NCBI RefSeq assembly: GCF_016432865.1
Contig: NC_067401.1
Location: 112,654,001 to 112,718,000 of the forward strand
Length of the DNA: 64,000 bases
Origin: Antechinus flavipes
Taxonomy: Eukaryota
Reading direction: 5' to 3'
Shown here: positions 18,895-32,427 of the stretch, one piece after another
Layout: each line of letters opens with the position of its first letter
Numbering within the stretch: the stretch's first letter is position 1
Notes under the pieces: model-generated
Databases searched by the model: none
What the model was told of the DNA's origin: nothing
Seen by the model: the letters and a program-made list of their open reading frames with translations, nothing else
Translations under genes and position numbers: made by a program

Positions 18895-19504
18895 TATGAG
18901 ATTTAAAAGGGATGGGAAGAGACTAGATAAGATGCAGTGTAGATCCAGTTTTCACCAAGGCACTCGGAGGCTGTAATTCATTTACTTTGTTGGGGTTTTA
19001 AATTCGTTTTTATTGTTTTAACTCTTGTTTGTATATATCTTGGATGTATATCCATCTATATTTTTCTGTCTAACAAAGAATAAAAAGGAGAGAAGAAAGT
19101 CCAGCAAAATTAACCAACATATGGGAAAAACTCTGACGTACCTGCCGTCTTTCCCAACCGTAACTGCCCTACCCCCGCCCCCTGCCCCCATTTGCAATGA
19201 AGTAGAATTAGCTTTTGGGAAGAAGAGGTACCTCTAATCATATTCCTCCGTTGGGACCATGTTTGGTCCTAATTTCCCAGAATTCATTTTGTCCATTTTG
19301 TTGGGTTTTTCAGATTGCACTGTTCTAGTCGCCCGGTGTATTCATCACACTTAAATTCGGTTTTGTAGGCTGGAGGGGGAGGTTTCTCTCCCATCAACTA
19401 GTACATGTGAAGCCTGGCATTGTGCATGACAGAGAGGCAAAAACCAAGCGATCCTTAACTTCCAGGAGAAGCCAGGGGAAATCACCCGTTACCTAAAACC
19501 AGTG

Positions 19505-20394
19505 CGAGCATATCTCGTTTTAATTAGTCTTCGCTTTATTGTTGGGCAGATATTGTGATTGGTTGGGGGTTTTTAATTTAATTTTTATTTTCTTTTTTAC
19601 AAATTAGAAGTTTATGGCAAATCTGCTTTGAACTCATTTGCCGGAGCCATTTTTCCAATAGCATTTATTCATATTCTGTCTCTGAGTCTCATTTTGATAA
19701 TTCTAGCAATATTTCAAACTTTTTCGTGAATATTTTATCGCTTATGATGTTCTGTGATCTTGATGTCTTAATTGTCTTGGGGCTCCAAAAACGGCGCCTA
19801 TATAAGATAGGAGTTTAATTTATAAATGTGTGTGTGTTCTATCTGCTCCACTAACTGATCTGTTGTCCATCTCTCTCCCCTTGGCCTTCCTATTCCCTGA
19901 GAAACAAATATTGAAGAATATTACATAAACTTAGTTGATAAAGCAGCTCGGGGTTTGAGAGGCTTGATCCCAATTTTGAAAGATCTATTGTGGATAAAAT
20001 GCTATCCATCTCTATTACATGCCACAGAGAAATCTTTTGTAAAAGGATGAGTTGGTCGATGTAGCAAACTTGTCTATTTTAAGAGATCGTCCCAGCCATC
20101 CCAGCCTTCGGATCAGCCAGCAACCAATCATTGCCTTCCACTAGCAAAATGATTACCACTTTGAAGGCTCAAGTGATTGCTAGTATTTTTTTAAGCAATA
20201 AAATATTGTTAAAGCATGCATTTTTGTATGTTTTTAAAAACATAATATTGCTCACTTAATTGCATACTTGATAGACTACCGTGTAGTATAAACTCTATTT
20301 TTGTATATAGTGGGAAGCCAAAAAATTGGTTATTACAGAATTCACTTTATCCAGGTAGTCTAGAAGCAAACCCAAATATCTCTGATATAGTCTA
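19505..20394 (+). mobile_element. Tigger1-like (Tc1/mariner-pogo) DNA transposon, internal-deletion derivative
   Basis: 5' part follows the Tigger1 left end as recalled (GCATA.CTCGTTTT, GCCATTTTTCCAA.AGCAT, CAATATTTCAAACTTTTTC, CCTATTCCCTGAGA); 3' part follows the right end (GTGGATAAAATGCTATC, ACAGAGAAATCTTT, AATAGACTAC, AATATCTC.GA), then TA. Confidence 0.8.
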
Positions 20395-21779
20395 TATATA
20401 CTAGATAGATACAAGGTAAATGGAGAAGCAAGGGGAGATCAGCATAAAAGATATTGACAGAGCAAGTTTTAAAGGAAGCAAGATTCTAAGTGGCAGAGGG
20501 GAGGTGGGAGTGTGTTCCAGGGACAGGGAGGTCCAACTGCCTGGGCAAAGACTGAGAAGAGAAATGGAATGTTGGGTGTGAGTAACCATAAGAAGGCTTG
20601 TTTGGCCGAATGGTAGCGTGTGGGAAGAAAAATAATGTTTAATGAGGTTGTAAAGGTAGGTGTGGTAGAAGCAATATCCTAACTGCCACCCCCAAGCAAG
20701 CTAGATTAGTTTGTGTTAAAAGCATTGAAACCATCCCGGGGACTTAATTGGCTCAGGGAACTCAAAGGCTCAGGAGGTTGACAGCATTTTCCGGTTGTTT
20801 GAGCACAGAACTGACTGGAGAAGCTCCAGGCTTTTTTTGATGCTTGACTGACAAACCACTTTGAGCAACTCTGAGGGAGGGGATCTTTACTCAGTTGAAT
20901 CAACTTGTCGTGTTTTCCTTGTTGAATAGCACTTTCTTGCTCTAAGGACATTTTACATTAACTGTGGAAAGATCTGAATGCTCCATATCATTTCAAGCAT
21001 TGCCTCGTGTAGCCTGACTTGTTTGTCAAAGGTGCAACGAATTTTTTTTTCCTCCTAATTACTGTAAAAGACTTTGTTCCCTATTCTTCCCTCCTCGAAT
21101 AATAGTGGCTTCTGTCAAAGTCATTTTCAACCCAGGTGTAGGTCCATTCCAGGCCCACCCATTTTTGCCCCTAGAACTTTCTAGGAATACTCCTTTGCTG
21201 TGATCCAGCTCCAGACCACCTGTGGCCTCTGATATTGGATTAATCCTAATCCATCCTGCCTTCCTCTGGCAGAGAACCCTGTTTCAGCCCTGGTTCTAGG
21301 CTTCAGGCTTCTATCTTCATTCCAGGTCCTCCTGAAGTGTTCCATTGGCTATTTGCAGAGCAGATCCACTCCAAATTGTAAGCTTCTGCCTGCTGTACAA
21401 ACTCTTCTGAAAATATACCTTCAGCTTCTTCTACCTACTCTGGAGTGGGCTTTTTGGACCTCATAGGACTGATGTCACCCCTTGCCACAAGGCTGGACAT
21501 CAAGGAAGGGCTCTCATCTATTCACTATCTTCCTTTGTTATTCTTCTTCAGTTTTTGATAATTTGCCTGAATTCATTTCCAGTGGTTAGCATGCTCTGAC
21601 CCTATTATACTATCCCCATTCCGGGGATACTGATCTTCTTGTTGGTCATTACACAAACACCAATGCACCCCCTCTTCCTGCCTGCTCTCTTCCTCCCATC
21701 TGGACCACTTCCTTTCTCTTCCCCTAGATCTCCCGGCCTCTTCTGTTTTGCTCTCTAGAATACCTACTGTGGTATATGT

Positions 21780-23720
21780 AAGAAACTTGCTCTCATCTCA
21801 TACTTTTTCTTTTCTCACTCTTTACATCTGGAATTCACTGAGACCTGGATCCCTTACGATGACATGACATCCTTGGCCACTACATCTCTTTGTGAACTGT
21901 GAAATTCCTTTAGCAGATCATCATCTTCTATTATTACATCTTTCCCTGTGTCTTATGACCTCTAATCCTATTCTGTCATCATTATGACCTCTTCCTTGAC
22001 CTTTCAGTTCTTTCTCAGGCCATCACCCCAGGCCTGGCTATATACTCACATCTGGATCTCTTGGTAAATCAATTAAATTCTACACTGTTCTCTATTCTAG
22101 AGTCACTTAACTCCTTATCTTGTCACCAAGACACACTCCTGGTCTACTGCCACTCTCCTCTGCTTTTTCTCCAATTTTTATGTTATTGAATGAAGCTGAG
22201 GAAAATCAAGGAGCCATGGTGCTTAAATCCATTACAAATTAGTTACATCTCCATAATCGATTCACTGTCTCACTCACCATAAGTGGCTTTTCCAAGGCTT
22301 TTCAACCTTTTCTCAAACTTCCTTTGGCGACTCCTTCCCCAACCTCAGCTGATAACTTCACTTTAAATTTAAAATAAATTTTAATATATTTATTTTATTA
22401 TATAATTATTATATCCATTATATGCTTTTAAATATTAGATGTAAATATAAAATAAAAACTATAAATTTATATAAACATAAATATATAATAAATATAAATA
22501 TTGTATAAATATATAATAATTTAATTAAAAAATTAAAAAGGAATTCAACTAAAATTATTAAAACAATTTGAGACCATCACCAAGAGCATCCTTTCCCCCT
22601 TTTTTCTCTTCACACATCATTCAGATACTTTCCACCCCTTTACCCCAGTTTCACATAAAAAGAGGATCAAGCTAAACCCTTCTATATGCACAAGTGATTC
22701 AATATCATCCAATGACTTCCCTCTCCATTATTTCCATTATCATAATAATTCTCAACTTCTCCTTCTCTGGCTGCTTCCCTGATCCTACAAACATACTTAT
22801 TTTTGCTTATTCTTAAAAAACTCTTAGTTGAATTGCCCATCTATGCTCTCTGTCTTCTCTTTTATAGAATTTATCTATGTGTTATCTACTGGCTATAAAT
22901 TGGTGCCTCCATTTCTCTATGTAGTCTGATATTTATTGAATCAGGATCTCCAAAATCACCATTGCTCCCTTAACTGCCAAATCTAATGACCTTTTCCCAA
23001 ACCTCATCCTTTTTGATTTCTCTGAAGTCTTTTACACTGTCAATCACTCTCTTTTCCTTGATATTCTCGTCTCTCCAGATTTGTGTGACAATTCTCCTTT
23101 CCTAGTTCTACTCCTCCTTGTCTTATTGTTCTTTCTCAGTGTTCTTTTCTGGATCATCCTCCAGGAAGTACCTGCTAAAACAAAATTCTGTTTGGGACCT
23201 TTTCTTTTATTCCTCTGCATCATTTTACTTTATGATTTCACTAGCTCACAGGAATTTGATTTTTTTTTCTATTCTAGCTCCTCTATTTATCCAGACCTTA
23301 TATCTCTCCTGAACTGTATTCAAAACCTTTCCTCTTCATAACTTTGTTATTACTCATGAGAACACCACCATCATTTTAATCCCAATTTAGGTGTCATCCT
23401 CAACTCGCTCTCACTCCTCTTCATCCCATATCTAATCTGTTGGTAAATTCTATGTCTTCCTTCATAGCATTTCTAATGTATTCCCCTTTCTTTTCTCTGA
23501 CATTGCCACTAACTAACTGACCTTCATCCCCTTATCCCTGGAGTATTGCTACAAAGTCTGTTTGCCTTAAATCTCTTCCCACTCCAATCAGCTGCAAAGT
23601 GATCTTCCCCAAACACAGATCTGATCATGTCACTCCTCTCCTACCCTCAATTAGTAAATTCCAGTAGTTTTCTACTGGATTACCTCCAGGATTAAATATG
23701 ATGACTTCTATTTTACTTTT
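21780..23720 (+). mobile_element. LINE-2 ORF2 remnant, interrupted by an AT-rich tract (~22360-22560)
   Basis: TTCACTGAGACCTGG = FTETW endonuclease motif near 21833-21847; L2-like downstream text. Confidence 0.6.
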
Positions 23721-25099
23721 CAAATTTTTACCTTTGCAGCCTTCTTTTTAAACATTTAAATTTGACTTCTTTTTAATAAATAAAAATCTGCCTTCTTTTC
23801 CTTCCATCTCTCCTGCCCAATTGAGAAAGAAAAGACAAACCAAAATCCATTACAGATATAATTAGTAAAAGAGAAAAAATTATGCTATTACCATATATTA
23901 TATGTGTATATGAATACACAGGTTATATATATTATATATGTAATGTATATATATATATATGTATACAATACACTTTATATATAATATTGTATACTAAATT
24001 CTTCACTTCTCTATCAGGAAGTAGGTAATATGTTTCATTTCTTACTCTCCTTATTTCCTCTTTTCTTTCTCCCCTTTCTCTTAACTTTTTCTCTGTTGAG
24101 TGAAATATATTTCTATAGCCAACTCTGTGTGTGTGTGTGTTGTGTTTGTGTGTGTAGTCTTCCCTCCTCTAAGCAGTTCAGGTGAGGGTGAGATTCAAGT
24201 GTCCCCCATTTCTCTCTTCCTTCTTGTTAGTCTAGACATCAATGTAATATCTAAGATTTTTTAAAATCATGACTTTCACATTTAATGATTTTAAAATTAT
24301 TCCTTCTCATTTTTTTTGTATTCCTTCTATTTTTTCAATCTTTTGACTTTATTTTAATTTTTTTGTTGGAGTCTTGGAATCACTAATTTTTATTTTGGTC
24401 TATTGTAACTTTCAGAGAGTTTATTATTTGGGCAAAATTTTATACTTCTTATATCAAAATGAAATCGCTTTCCAGTTCTTTCCTCTATAACTTTCATTTC
24501 TTGTTCAATTTTTTTTCTTTAGGACTTTAATTTCATTTAAAAAAGAAAACCAAAAACTTTTTAGCTTTTTTAAAAAAAATTCTTGCTTCATTTCTTCTGG
24601 GATCCTGCTCTATTCCTGGAGTACAAGTGACACAGCTGTTTTCTCTGAATTTTCTTTTTGCTCGGTGTAGAACCTAGGATGCATCACTGCTCCTCCCCCT
24701 AGGATACTGCTACTACATGCAGGTTTCCTTCTCAGTCCAACCTGTTCTGTGATCCAGAACAGCAAATGACTGAGTTGCTAGTTGCCACTTGGTCCTATAC
24801 TCTCTGTACACAAATTTGGGCCCTTTTGTCTCTTCTTAGCTAGATGCACAGACTTTGTGCTGGAATGCTCTGCTCTCTCAGTGCGTCCTTGGCAAGACCC
24901 CCACATCCTCACCCTTTAGCCCCCTCCCCATAGACCTCTGGGTCTCCCTATGCCAAATAAAACTAGGAAAAATGACTCACTGTGATCTTTCCTTGGATTT
25001 CCTGATAAGGATCTGCTCTGATATGTTTTCTAGATCTGTCTGGAAACTGGTGGGGAGGCAGACGTCGGGGTGGAGAGGGAGTGGAGCTTACTCTATTTT

Positions 25100-25795
25100 T
25101 CCCTGATACTACCCTTTCCAATTTTCTTACACTTTACTTTCTTCCACATACACTATGAAGCAGCAACACTGGTTTCCTCACTGTTCACTACATAAATCAC
25201 TCCAACGCTTTGCTTGTAATTCTCTCTCTCCATCTTTGCTTCCTGTCTTCCTGGGCTTACTCCAACTCCCGCAAAAGTCCCATCTTCTGTAAGAAGCCTT
25301 TTCCCTTCATTTAGTGGTATGCTAGTAAATTCTTTAACAATCAGATTCACCCCCTTCCAATAGTACAAATTACATACTTTTACTTTTAAGCTATATTATT
25401 AAGATTTTTCTCCATCATCTTCTTCAATCTAGACAATCAACAAAACAATAAATCAAACACTGATTAATATTGTTGGTTAATTTCTGAGAGGGTAAATAAT
25501 TCACATTGAAAATAAGGTAATCTGTTATCCAACTGATTAGAATAGGCTCCAGAACACTCTTGCCTCTCAATGCTAGTGCCTCCCCCTTGAGATTACCTCC
25601 AATTTATACTTTATACATCTTGAATAGATATATTATTTGTATGTTTTCTCTCATTAAAACATGGATTTTGAGAACATGGATTATTTTTCTGTTTTTGTCC
25701 TGTTTTTTTTTCCTCTTACATATCCCCAGTGATTTATCCTAATTCCTGATATATGTTAAATAGTTAACAAATGCTTGTTGACGTGACTTGATTTG
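25100..25795 (+). mobile_element. LINE-2 3' fragment
   Basis: Ends in AACAAATGCTTGTTGA, an L2 tail motif. Confidence 0.5.
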
Positions 25796-26429
25796 ATTTG
25801 ACTTAGAATTTTTATTAATGTCAAAGCTGAGAAGACTGACTGTCCTAAGATAATAGCAGCCTCCCAATGTCACTGACTTTATATAATTAAGTTCATTATG
25901 GGAGCCAGCCCACCAAAGGCTTTCCTTCGGACTGCACACTGTTATCTGAGGCCATTGAAAGTCATAGAATAAGTTATGAATAAGGCAAGAATTGTTCATG
26001 AGCTAGGTTTGTTGGTTTTGCTCCACAAATCTTGGAAGAGTAAGAAACCTTCCTAACATCAGAAGTGAAGCTTTTTTTTTTTTAAATTACTACATGAGCA
26101 AAAGCAATCCAGAATCAAATCACATTGTTGCCAAAGATATCCTTTCAATCATTACATGGATACAGATACTTATAGTAGTTTGGAGAAGGTTAATATAGGA
26201 TGGAATAAAACCTAAACTCTTGCAATAGTGTATCTTTTCTTTGAAAGTATCCAACAGGGCTGACAAAAGCCTTTACATTCTGAGTATTTTCTATCCATTT
26301 TTGTTCTGCTTGGTTATAATTCCTCTTCTATCCTTTAACAAATATTACCAGAATATCGTTAGCTTCTTATCGAGTTTTGCTTTTTTCTTAGTGGCTTGTA
26401 AATAATAATTATCACAGAATTATTGACTG

Positions 26430-27110
26430 AGAAAGCATTTGCTGCTAAATGTTGGAGAATGAATGTGTGGGAGAGCCTGATCACTAGCCTTGATTCCAAC
26501 CCTTATAATTAACCTCATGATCCTTGAACACCAAAAGAAATATATGATGGCCTAACTCAGTGGTCTCTAGCTATAATAGGTCAGTGAGTTTGATTTCAAT
26601 TCTTATATAAAAAATGTTTTATAAAAATTATTTTAAAAATTCTTATATAAAAACCTCTACAGCCTATTATTAAAAGTGAACATCTAGAAGAAGAGGGAAT
26701 TATCAGAAAGAACTAGAGTGGTTGCTTTGATGATTTTCTCAAGGATGAGTCATATCAAACTCATCTTTTTCACTTCTTTGACTGGGTTACTAGGATGGAT
26801 TTTTATTAAGTATTTGACAAAGTCTCTCATGTTCTCCTTGTGGAAAAGATGAGAGATATGAGGTAGAAAATTTAAAAAAAAATAGATTTACAAGTGTTTG
26901 AATGACCAAAAATAAGTAGTTGAAGGTCATTTTGAAAGGAGATCACCAGAAGACTGTCTCAGCCATGGTGTTTGACCTTGTGCTAGGGACCATTTTTACC
27001 CATCATTCAAGGCTTGGATGGCCTGCTTGTCAATTCACGAATGAATGAAGGCTGAAGAAATCCTTTGGAATACAGGAATAGGATTGAAAAAGACCAAGGT
27101 CTTATAAAGT
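26430..27110 (+). mobile_element. L3/CR1 reverse-transcriptase remnant
   Basis: TATTTGACAAAGTCTCTCAT (FDKVSH-like) and flanking CR1-like RT text. Confidence 0.55.
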
Positions 27111-27613
27111 TCTCTGGGAGCAGGTTTTTTGGGGGGCTTCTGGGAGCAGCCTTCATTTCAGTTCAAAGTAATAATCACCTCAAATGCACCCAGAAGTTCA
27201 AGTCCAAATCCTTTATTGTTTCCTTCCTTGGGCCTGGTTAGCTTTCTTAGAGGTCTATCTCTCTCCTTGATTCCAGGAGCTTTTGCCATTAGTCCTTTGC
27301 CTCTGCCAGCTTCAGCCTTTCTTCCTCTGAATGTCTCCAGCCATCACAAGGGTGGAAAATGGAATGAATCTGACTCCACCTCCGAGAGTGGGCTTGTGGG
27401 CTTCCTGAAGTGCATCCTGCTTGAGGCTCTTAGCTTATATATACTCTCTTAAAGGTGTGAATCTTGTGGAACTCTTAATAAATACTAAGTACATTTAGAG
27501 AACTGTTAAGCACCCTGCTAAACAACTATTGTCTCTATCAATTCCACTGACTTAGCAACTTGCAAGAATTCTAACAATTTAGATTTGTCATTTCATTGGC
27601 ATAAGGCTACTAA

Positions 27614-27850
27614 GGGAAGCGAGGTGGCACAGTGATAGAGTACCAGATCTGAAGTCAGGAAAACTCATCTGAGTTCAAATCTGACCTCAGATACTTCCTA
27701 CCTGTGTAACCCTGGGCAAACCACTTAACCCTGTGCCTCAGTTTCCTCATCTGTAAAATGAGCTAGAGAAGGAAATGGCAAACTATTCCAGCATCTCTGC
27801 CAAGAAAACCCCAAATGGGGTCATGAAGACATCGGATATCACTGAACAAA
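27614..27850 (+). mobile_element. MAR1-type CORE-SINE
   Basis: tRNA-derived head, CORE CCTCAGTTTCCTCATCTGTAAAATG, tail GAAGGAAATGGCAAAC...GCCAAGAAAACCCCAAATGGGGTCA. Confidence 0.8.
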
Positions 27851-30309
27851 ACATTAGCTATCATTCTCTATAATGTTTAACTTGGCTGTTTGTACTTTAA
27901 ATGTGAGATTATGCTGTAAAGATCAAGAAGTACACATACTCTTACTGCAAGAATTCTTAATTTGGCGCCCAGGAATAGGTTTTGGAAAGTAGAGTAGAAT
28001 GGGACTTGGATTTAAAAAAATGACAACTTTTTTTCACTAAATTTGTAACTGAAATTGAACATTTCCTTTTGGAAGTAAGCCTATTTAGAATCTACTTTTT
28101 ATTCCAACTGAAAATATCAAGAAGTTATGTTTTCTCTAAAAGCTCTTTTTACTCTTGCCTCCCTAGGAAAGGAGGGTGATCGAGGATAAAAAGGCCTTTC
28201 ATAAGGGAATGGAGTAAGGCTGGAAACTCAACAATGTACAAAGAGGGCTTCTTGTTTTTCTGGGTTCCAACCTTCCCTTTCCTCTGGAAATTAACCTATG
28301 ATCCGCCCAGAGAAAGTGCCTTTTATTCCCTTCAAAAGGAAGAAAGGAAAAGAATCCTCTTCTGTTATTGAGAAGAAATTCTTGATATTGAATCCTAGGG
28401 AGGGTGTAATGGCTCAAGAAGGAACTGAGTAGTAGCTGTTCTGCAATGGTAACAGCAAACTGTTTTATGATGTTTTAAATATTTTATCATATTTATATTT
28501 TTACCATATTTCATCATCTTTGACTTGTTCAAGATTCCTCTAAATATTACTTCAAATTGTCTTGGAGTTAGACATGTTGTAGGGCATGAAGGGAACTATG
28601 CCAGTCCGGACATCTCTCTGTGTCTGTCTCTAGCTCTGTTTCTTTGTCTCTGTTGCTGTCAATCTCAGAGAGAAATGAACTGGAAAGAGAGAAATGTTAA
28701 AATATCTAGGGGTGGCTCAGTGGATAGAACACCAGACCTAGAGTCAGCTTCCTTCCTTGAACTTGAGTTCCAGTTTTCCTTCAGACACTTGTGATTCTGG
28801 GCAAGTCATTTAACCTCTCCCTGCCTCAGTTCCCTTATCTGTGAAAAGCATTTACCTATTAGGATTGTTGTAATATTTGTAAAGAATTTCATTAAACTTT
28901 AAAGTGTTATGAAAATTCTAGGTATTATTAATTTTTAAAATTAATTAAATAAAATTATTTCTGGCCCAAAATCAAGAACACGGTATTTTTTTTAAGCAAT
29001 CAAGGTTAAAGTGACTTATCTTGGGTGATACAGCTAGCAATGATCGATGGCCTGATTTGAACTCATATCCTCCTACTCTAGGGCCAGTACTCAATCCACT
29101 ATACCACTTGGCTATCCCTATGATATTATTTTCTTTAACACTGCTAAAAAGATCCATAAAGGGGTATGTTTATACTGACTCAGGAAAGCTGATTATTAAA
29201 TTTTCAGTGTGAGCATTTATGTTTCAAAAATTAACAAATGCTATAAATCAGGACTTGACCTTTTTTCTTCATTGTCTAGACTTTAAAAAATGGAGAAAAT
29301 TTTTAATAATGTGGATTAAACTTAAAACTCTGTCCTGATTTTTGAAGAGTTGATTGTTCAACATTTACTATCATACCCCTAGATCAATGATGAAAAAAGA
29401 TTAAGAATCTTTGGAAAGGTATTCTTGAAACCAGAACAAATTTGGAAGTTGTAGCTAAATGGAAGGATGATCCATAGGTTAACTTTAGAGAAGAGAAAAA
29501 AAGGAATTAGCAGAATTGATTTGATCATGCACAAAAGATAACAAGAAATATGATTTTATGGGACATTTATTCTTTTCAAATTAAAGAACTCAGGATAAGT
29601 ATTTGCAAAAATACCAAGCTGACAATAATTGTCCCAACCTCATCACCATTTCTTCTATGGGATGAAGAAATAAAGCAATGCTATAAAGAACTAATTAAGG
29701 CCCCCTAAATTAAATGATTTGTTACCCAACAACTTCAGTGCCAGAGTTAAAGATGGTAGAAATATATTGGAATATGTGGCCAGGATAAAAAGAACAAGAG
29801 AGGTCAGATTTTGGGAGGCTACCAGAAACCTCATACCTGTATGTTATGATCATTGTATCTGAGAAAAAATCAGGAGGTCTGGGATATAGTAAGTATTAAA
29901 TACCATAAAAATGAAATTAATTATATGTTAACAGGATGTGACTCATTAGTGATGTGGGAGGAAGTGATTTCTGAATCAGCTGTTTGTGTCCAGTCAGACC
30001 ACTAACTTGTTTTAATAAAGATCAAAATTAATGCAAAGCTAGAAGGAAGTAAAAATGGCATAAAATGGTAGAAATGGTATAAAACTGAAATAACTCAATT
30101 CTGACCTATTCAAACAAATCAATGATAATGAAAAATGGGTAATGGATAAAAGAAAGGACTAGACAAAGATTCTGGTACTGTCATAAAGCAAGTTTAAAGC
30201 AACTAAGAGGCTTAAAGTGGACCCTGATTGGCAAATATCTAACATACTTATTCATTAGATAGAGATAATAGCCAGAAATAATGTTTTTTGTCTTATTTTG
30301 TTTTTTTTT

Positions 30310-30800
30310 AACATAAAGTCATTTATAAAATTTTATAGAGAAACAAGAGATGCTCACTGACTGAAGGAATGGCTAGAGAATTGTGGTATGTTAATACAAT
30401 GAGATATTACTGTACTGTAAGAAATGATGAATATAGAGAAACATGAGAAGACAGGTAAATAGAGGGAAAATGAAGTTAAATAGAACCAGAAAAATACTGT
30501 ATGCACTGATTACAGCATTGTAAATGGAAATGACAACAAAATGAAATTGAGTGTTGTGAAATTAAATGTCCTAGGTCAGTCTGAAGAAGACATATGAGAA
30601 TGTACTTCCCTCCCTTAATTGCAAGGGTATGGGATGTAGGGTTTAAAATATTACATTTAATATCAGGATTGTGAGATGTGTTTGTCTTACTGAACTTTCC
30701 CCCCTCTTTTTAAATTTTTTTGCTATCTAATATGGCTTTCTCATCAGGGTGGGATATATTGGGAAATGTGTGTGATATAAAAATAAGATAATAAAATTTT
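30310..30800 (+). mobile_element. LINE-1 3' fragment
   Basis: L1 ORF2-end/3'UTR-like text with AATAAA-rich end; boundaries approximate. Confidence 0.5.
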
Positions 30801-30896
30801 AATTTTAATCTTACAGAGAATGAGAGTTAAATGAGAATTTAAAACTTATTTGAGGAAAGTTTGGTAAGAGACTTAATTAAGGAAAGTCATCTAGAG

Positions 30897-31079
30897 CAGG
30901 GCTTCTTAAACTTTTTTCCATGTGTTTTATCTAAGAAGTTTTATATGACTCTGGGTATACACACTCACACAAGTATAATATAATAATAATGCAAATCAAA
31001 ATAAATCATAATTTCAAAACTCTCACAATCAATTACAGGACCCTATATAGGGTCAAGAGCTACCGTTGAAGAAGCTGGG
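30897..31079. mobile_element. hAT-Charlie MITE with perfect 8-bp TSD
   Basis: TSD ATCTAGAG at 30889-30896 and 31080-31087; imperfect TIRs CAGGGCTTCTTAAAC / GTTGAAGAAGCTGGG. Confidence 0.8.
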
Positions 31080-31199
31080 ATCTAGAGGCCATTTGAGAAT
31101 AAAAATGGAAGAAACTATCAAACAGACAAAAAAAAAGGATAGATCCATGAAGATTTTTTATAACAAATTACTCTCTGAATTGTATTCTGTTAGGCTAGC

Positions 31200-31400
31200 A
31201 TCCTTGAATTCTGTAGTGGTTGTTTGTCTTTCGTTCTCAGAGTTCCACAACATCAGGGAGGTGATACCGGGCAGTTCAAGTAAATTGGATTTAAGTGAGA
31301 GAGGGTAGTGCAAAGTCACCTGCCTCACTTTCCCCTCCAGAGCCATTTGGGTCTAGTGACCAGATATAGATCAGATGGCTGGAGATGGTCCTATCTTGGA
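31200..31400. mobile_element. Marsupial SINE-like repeat (MdoRep1/WALLSI4-like); inverted relative copy at ~38905-39075
   Basis: AATTGGATTTAAGTGAG...CCTCACTTTCCCCTCCAGAGCCAT; reverse complement recurs near 38960-39025. Family name uncertain. Confidence 0.5.
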
Positions 31401-31934
31401 AGTGCTTATGAAGGAGATAGAGATGGCACCAAGGAGAATAAAGATGGCAGTGGCCAGGTATGTATGTGCATAGATCTGAGCTGCCACACAACTGTTGAGA
31501 ATCTTGCTAGTTCACTTTAAAAGATATCTGAAAGAAGGAAAGAAACTAAATCCAGGGGAAAAACCTGGAATTTGATTAATACTGAAAGACGATTGAGAAA
31601 AGTCAACAACTAATAACCTGTATGTCTTCATACTGACATAAATAAAAGTTTGGGAGAATAATCTAAGTACAAATTGAGGAGGACGTTAGTAATAGGCAGA
31701 CTTTCAGAGCAATGTGAAGATAGGGGAAATTTCACATCTTTGCTAACACACAACTGACTAAAAGATTGTGAGAATCCTACAGGCAATAGAAGTAATCCAC
31801 CAGAGTCCACATAGAATAGGGATTCCTTTTAAATGGTGGGATTCTCTAGCTCTGCCTGTTTGTAGAGGGTATAATTACAGCGTTTACATTTCATTTATCT
31901 CGTTCATGTCTTAATTCTGCTATGCTTTCTTTTC

Positions 31935-32079
31935 TTTTTCTTTGCTGAGGCAATTGAGGTTAAATGACTTGCCCAGGATCACACAGGTAGGAAATGTTAA
32001 GTGTTTAAGATCAGATTTGAACTCAGGTCCTCCTGACTTCAGGGCTGGTGCTCTATCCACTGTACCACCTAGCTGCCCC
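31935..32079 (-). mobile_element. WSINE1-type SINE
   Basis: Reverse complement GGGGCAGCTAGGTGG...GATAGAGCACCAGCCCTGAAGTCAGGAGGACCTGAGTTCAAATCTG...AATTGCCTCAGC plus A tail. Confidence 0.85.
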
Positions 32080-32286
32080 TTATGCTTTCTTTTTTAAAAA
32101 AATAATTTTTTCAATGAACAAAAATCTAAATAAAACCAAATAAAACCCGTGTGACAAATAGGAATAGTTTAGCAAAACAAATTCCTTCATTGACTATAAC
32201 AACAAAGAAAGTATGTCTCATGTTGAATCTTTAGTCCATTACTTCTCTGTCAGGAGCTGGGTAGTGCACTTTATCACTGTTCTTCT

Positions 32287-32427
32287 NNNNNNNNNNNNNN
32301 NNNNNNNNNNNNNNNNNNNNNNNNNNNNNNNNNNNNNNNNNNNNNNNNNNNNNNNNNNNNNNNNNNNNNNNNNNNNNNNNNNNNNNNNNNNNNNNNNNNN
32401 NNNNNNNNNNNNNNNNNNNNNNNNNNN
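32287..32427. other. Assembly gap, 141 N
   Basis: Directly visible. Confidence 1.

Noticed and set aside
20706-20951. 81-aa ORF in apparently unique sequence
   Set aside because: No recognisable family or splice context; lies between Tigger and L2 remnants.
22360-22560. Very AT-rich tract
   Set aside because: Low complexity without periodicity; no array or CRISPR-like repeat-spacer structure anywhere in the window.
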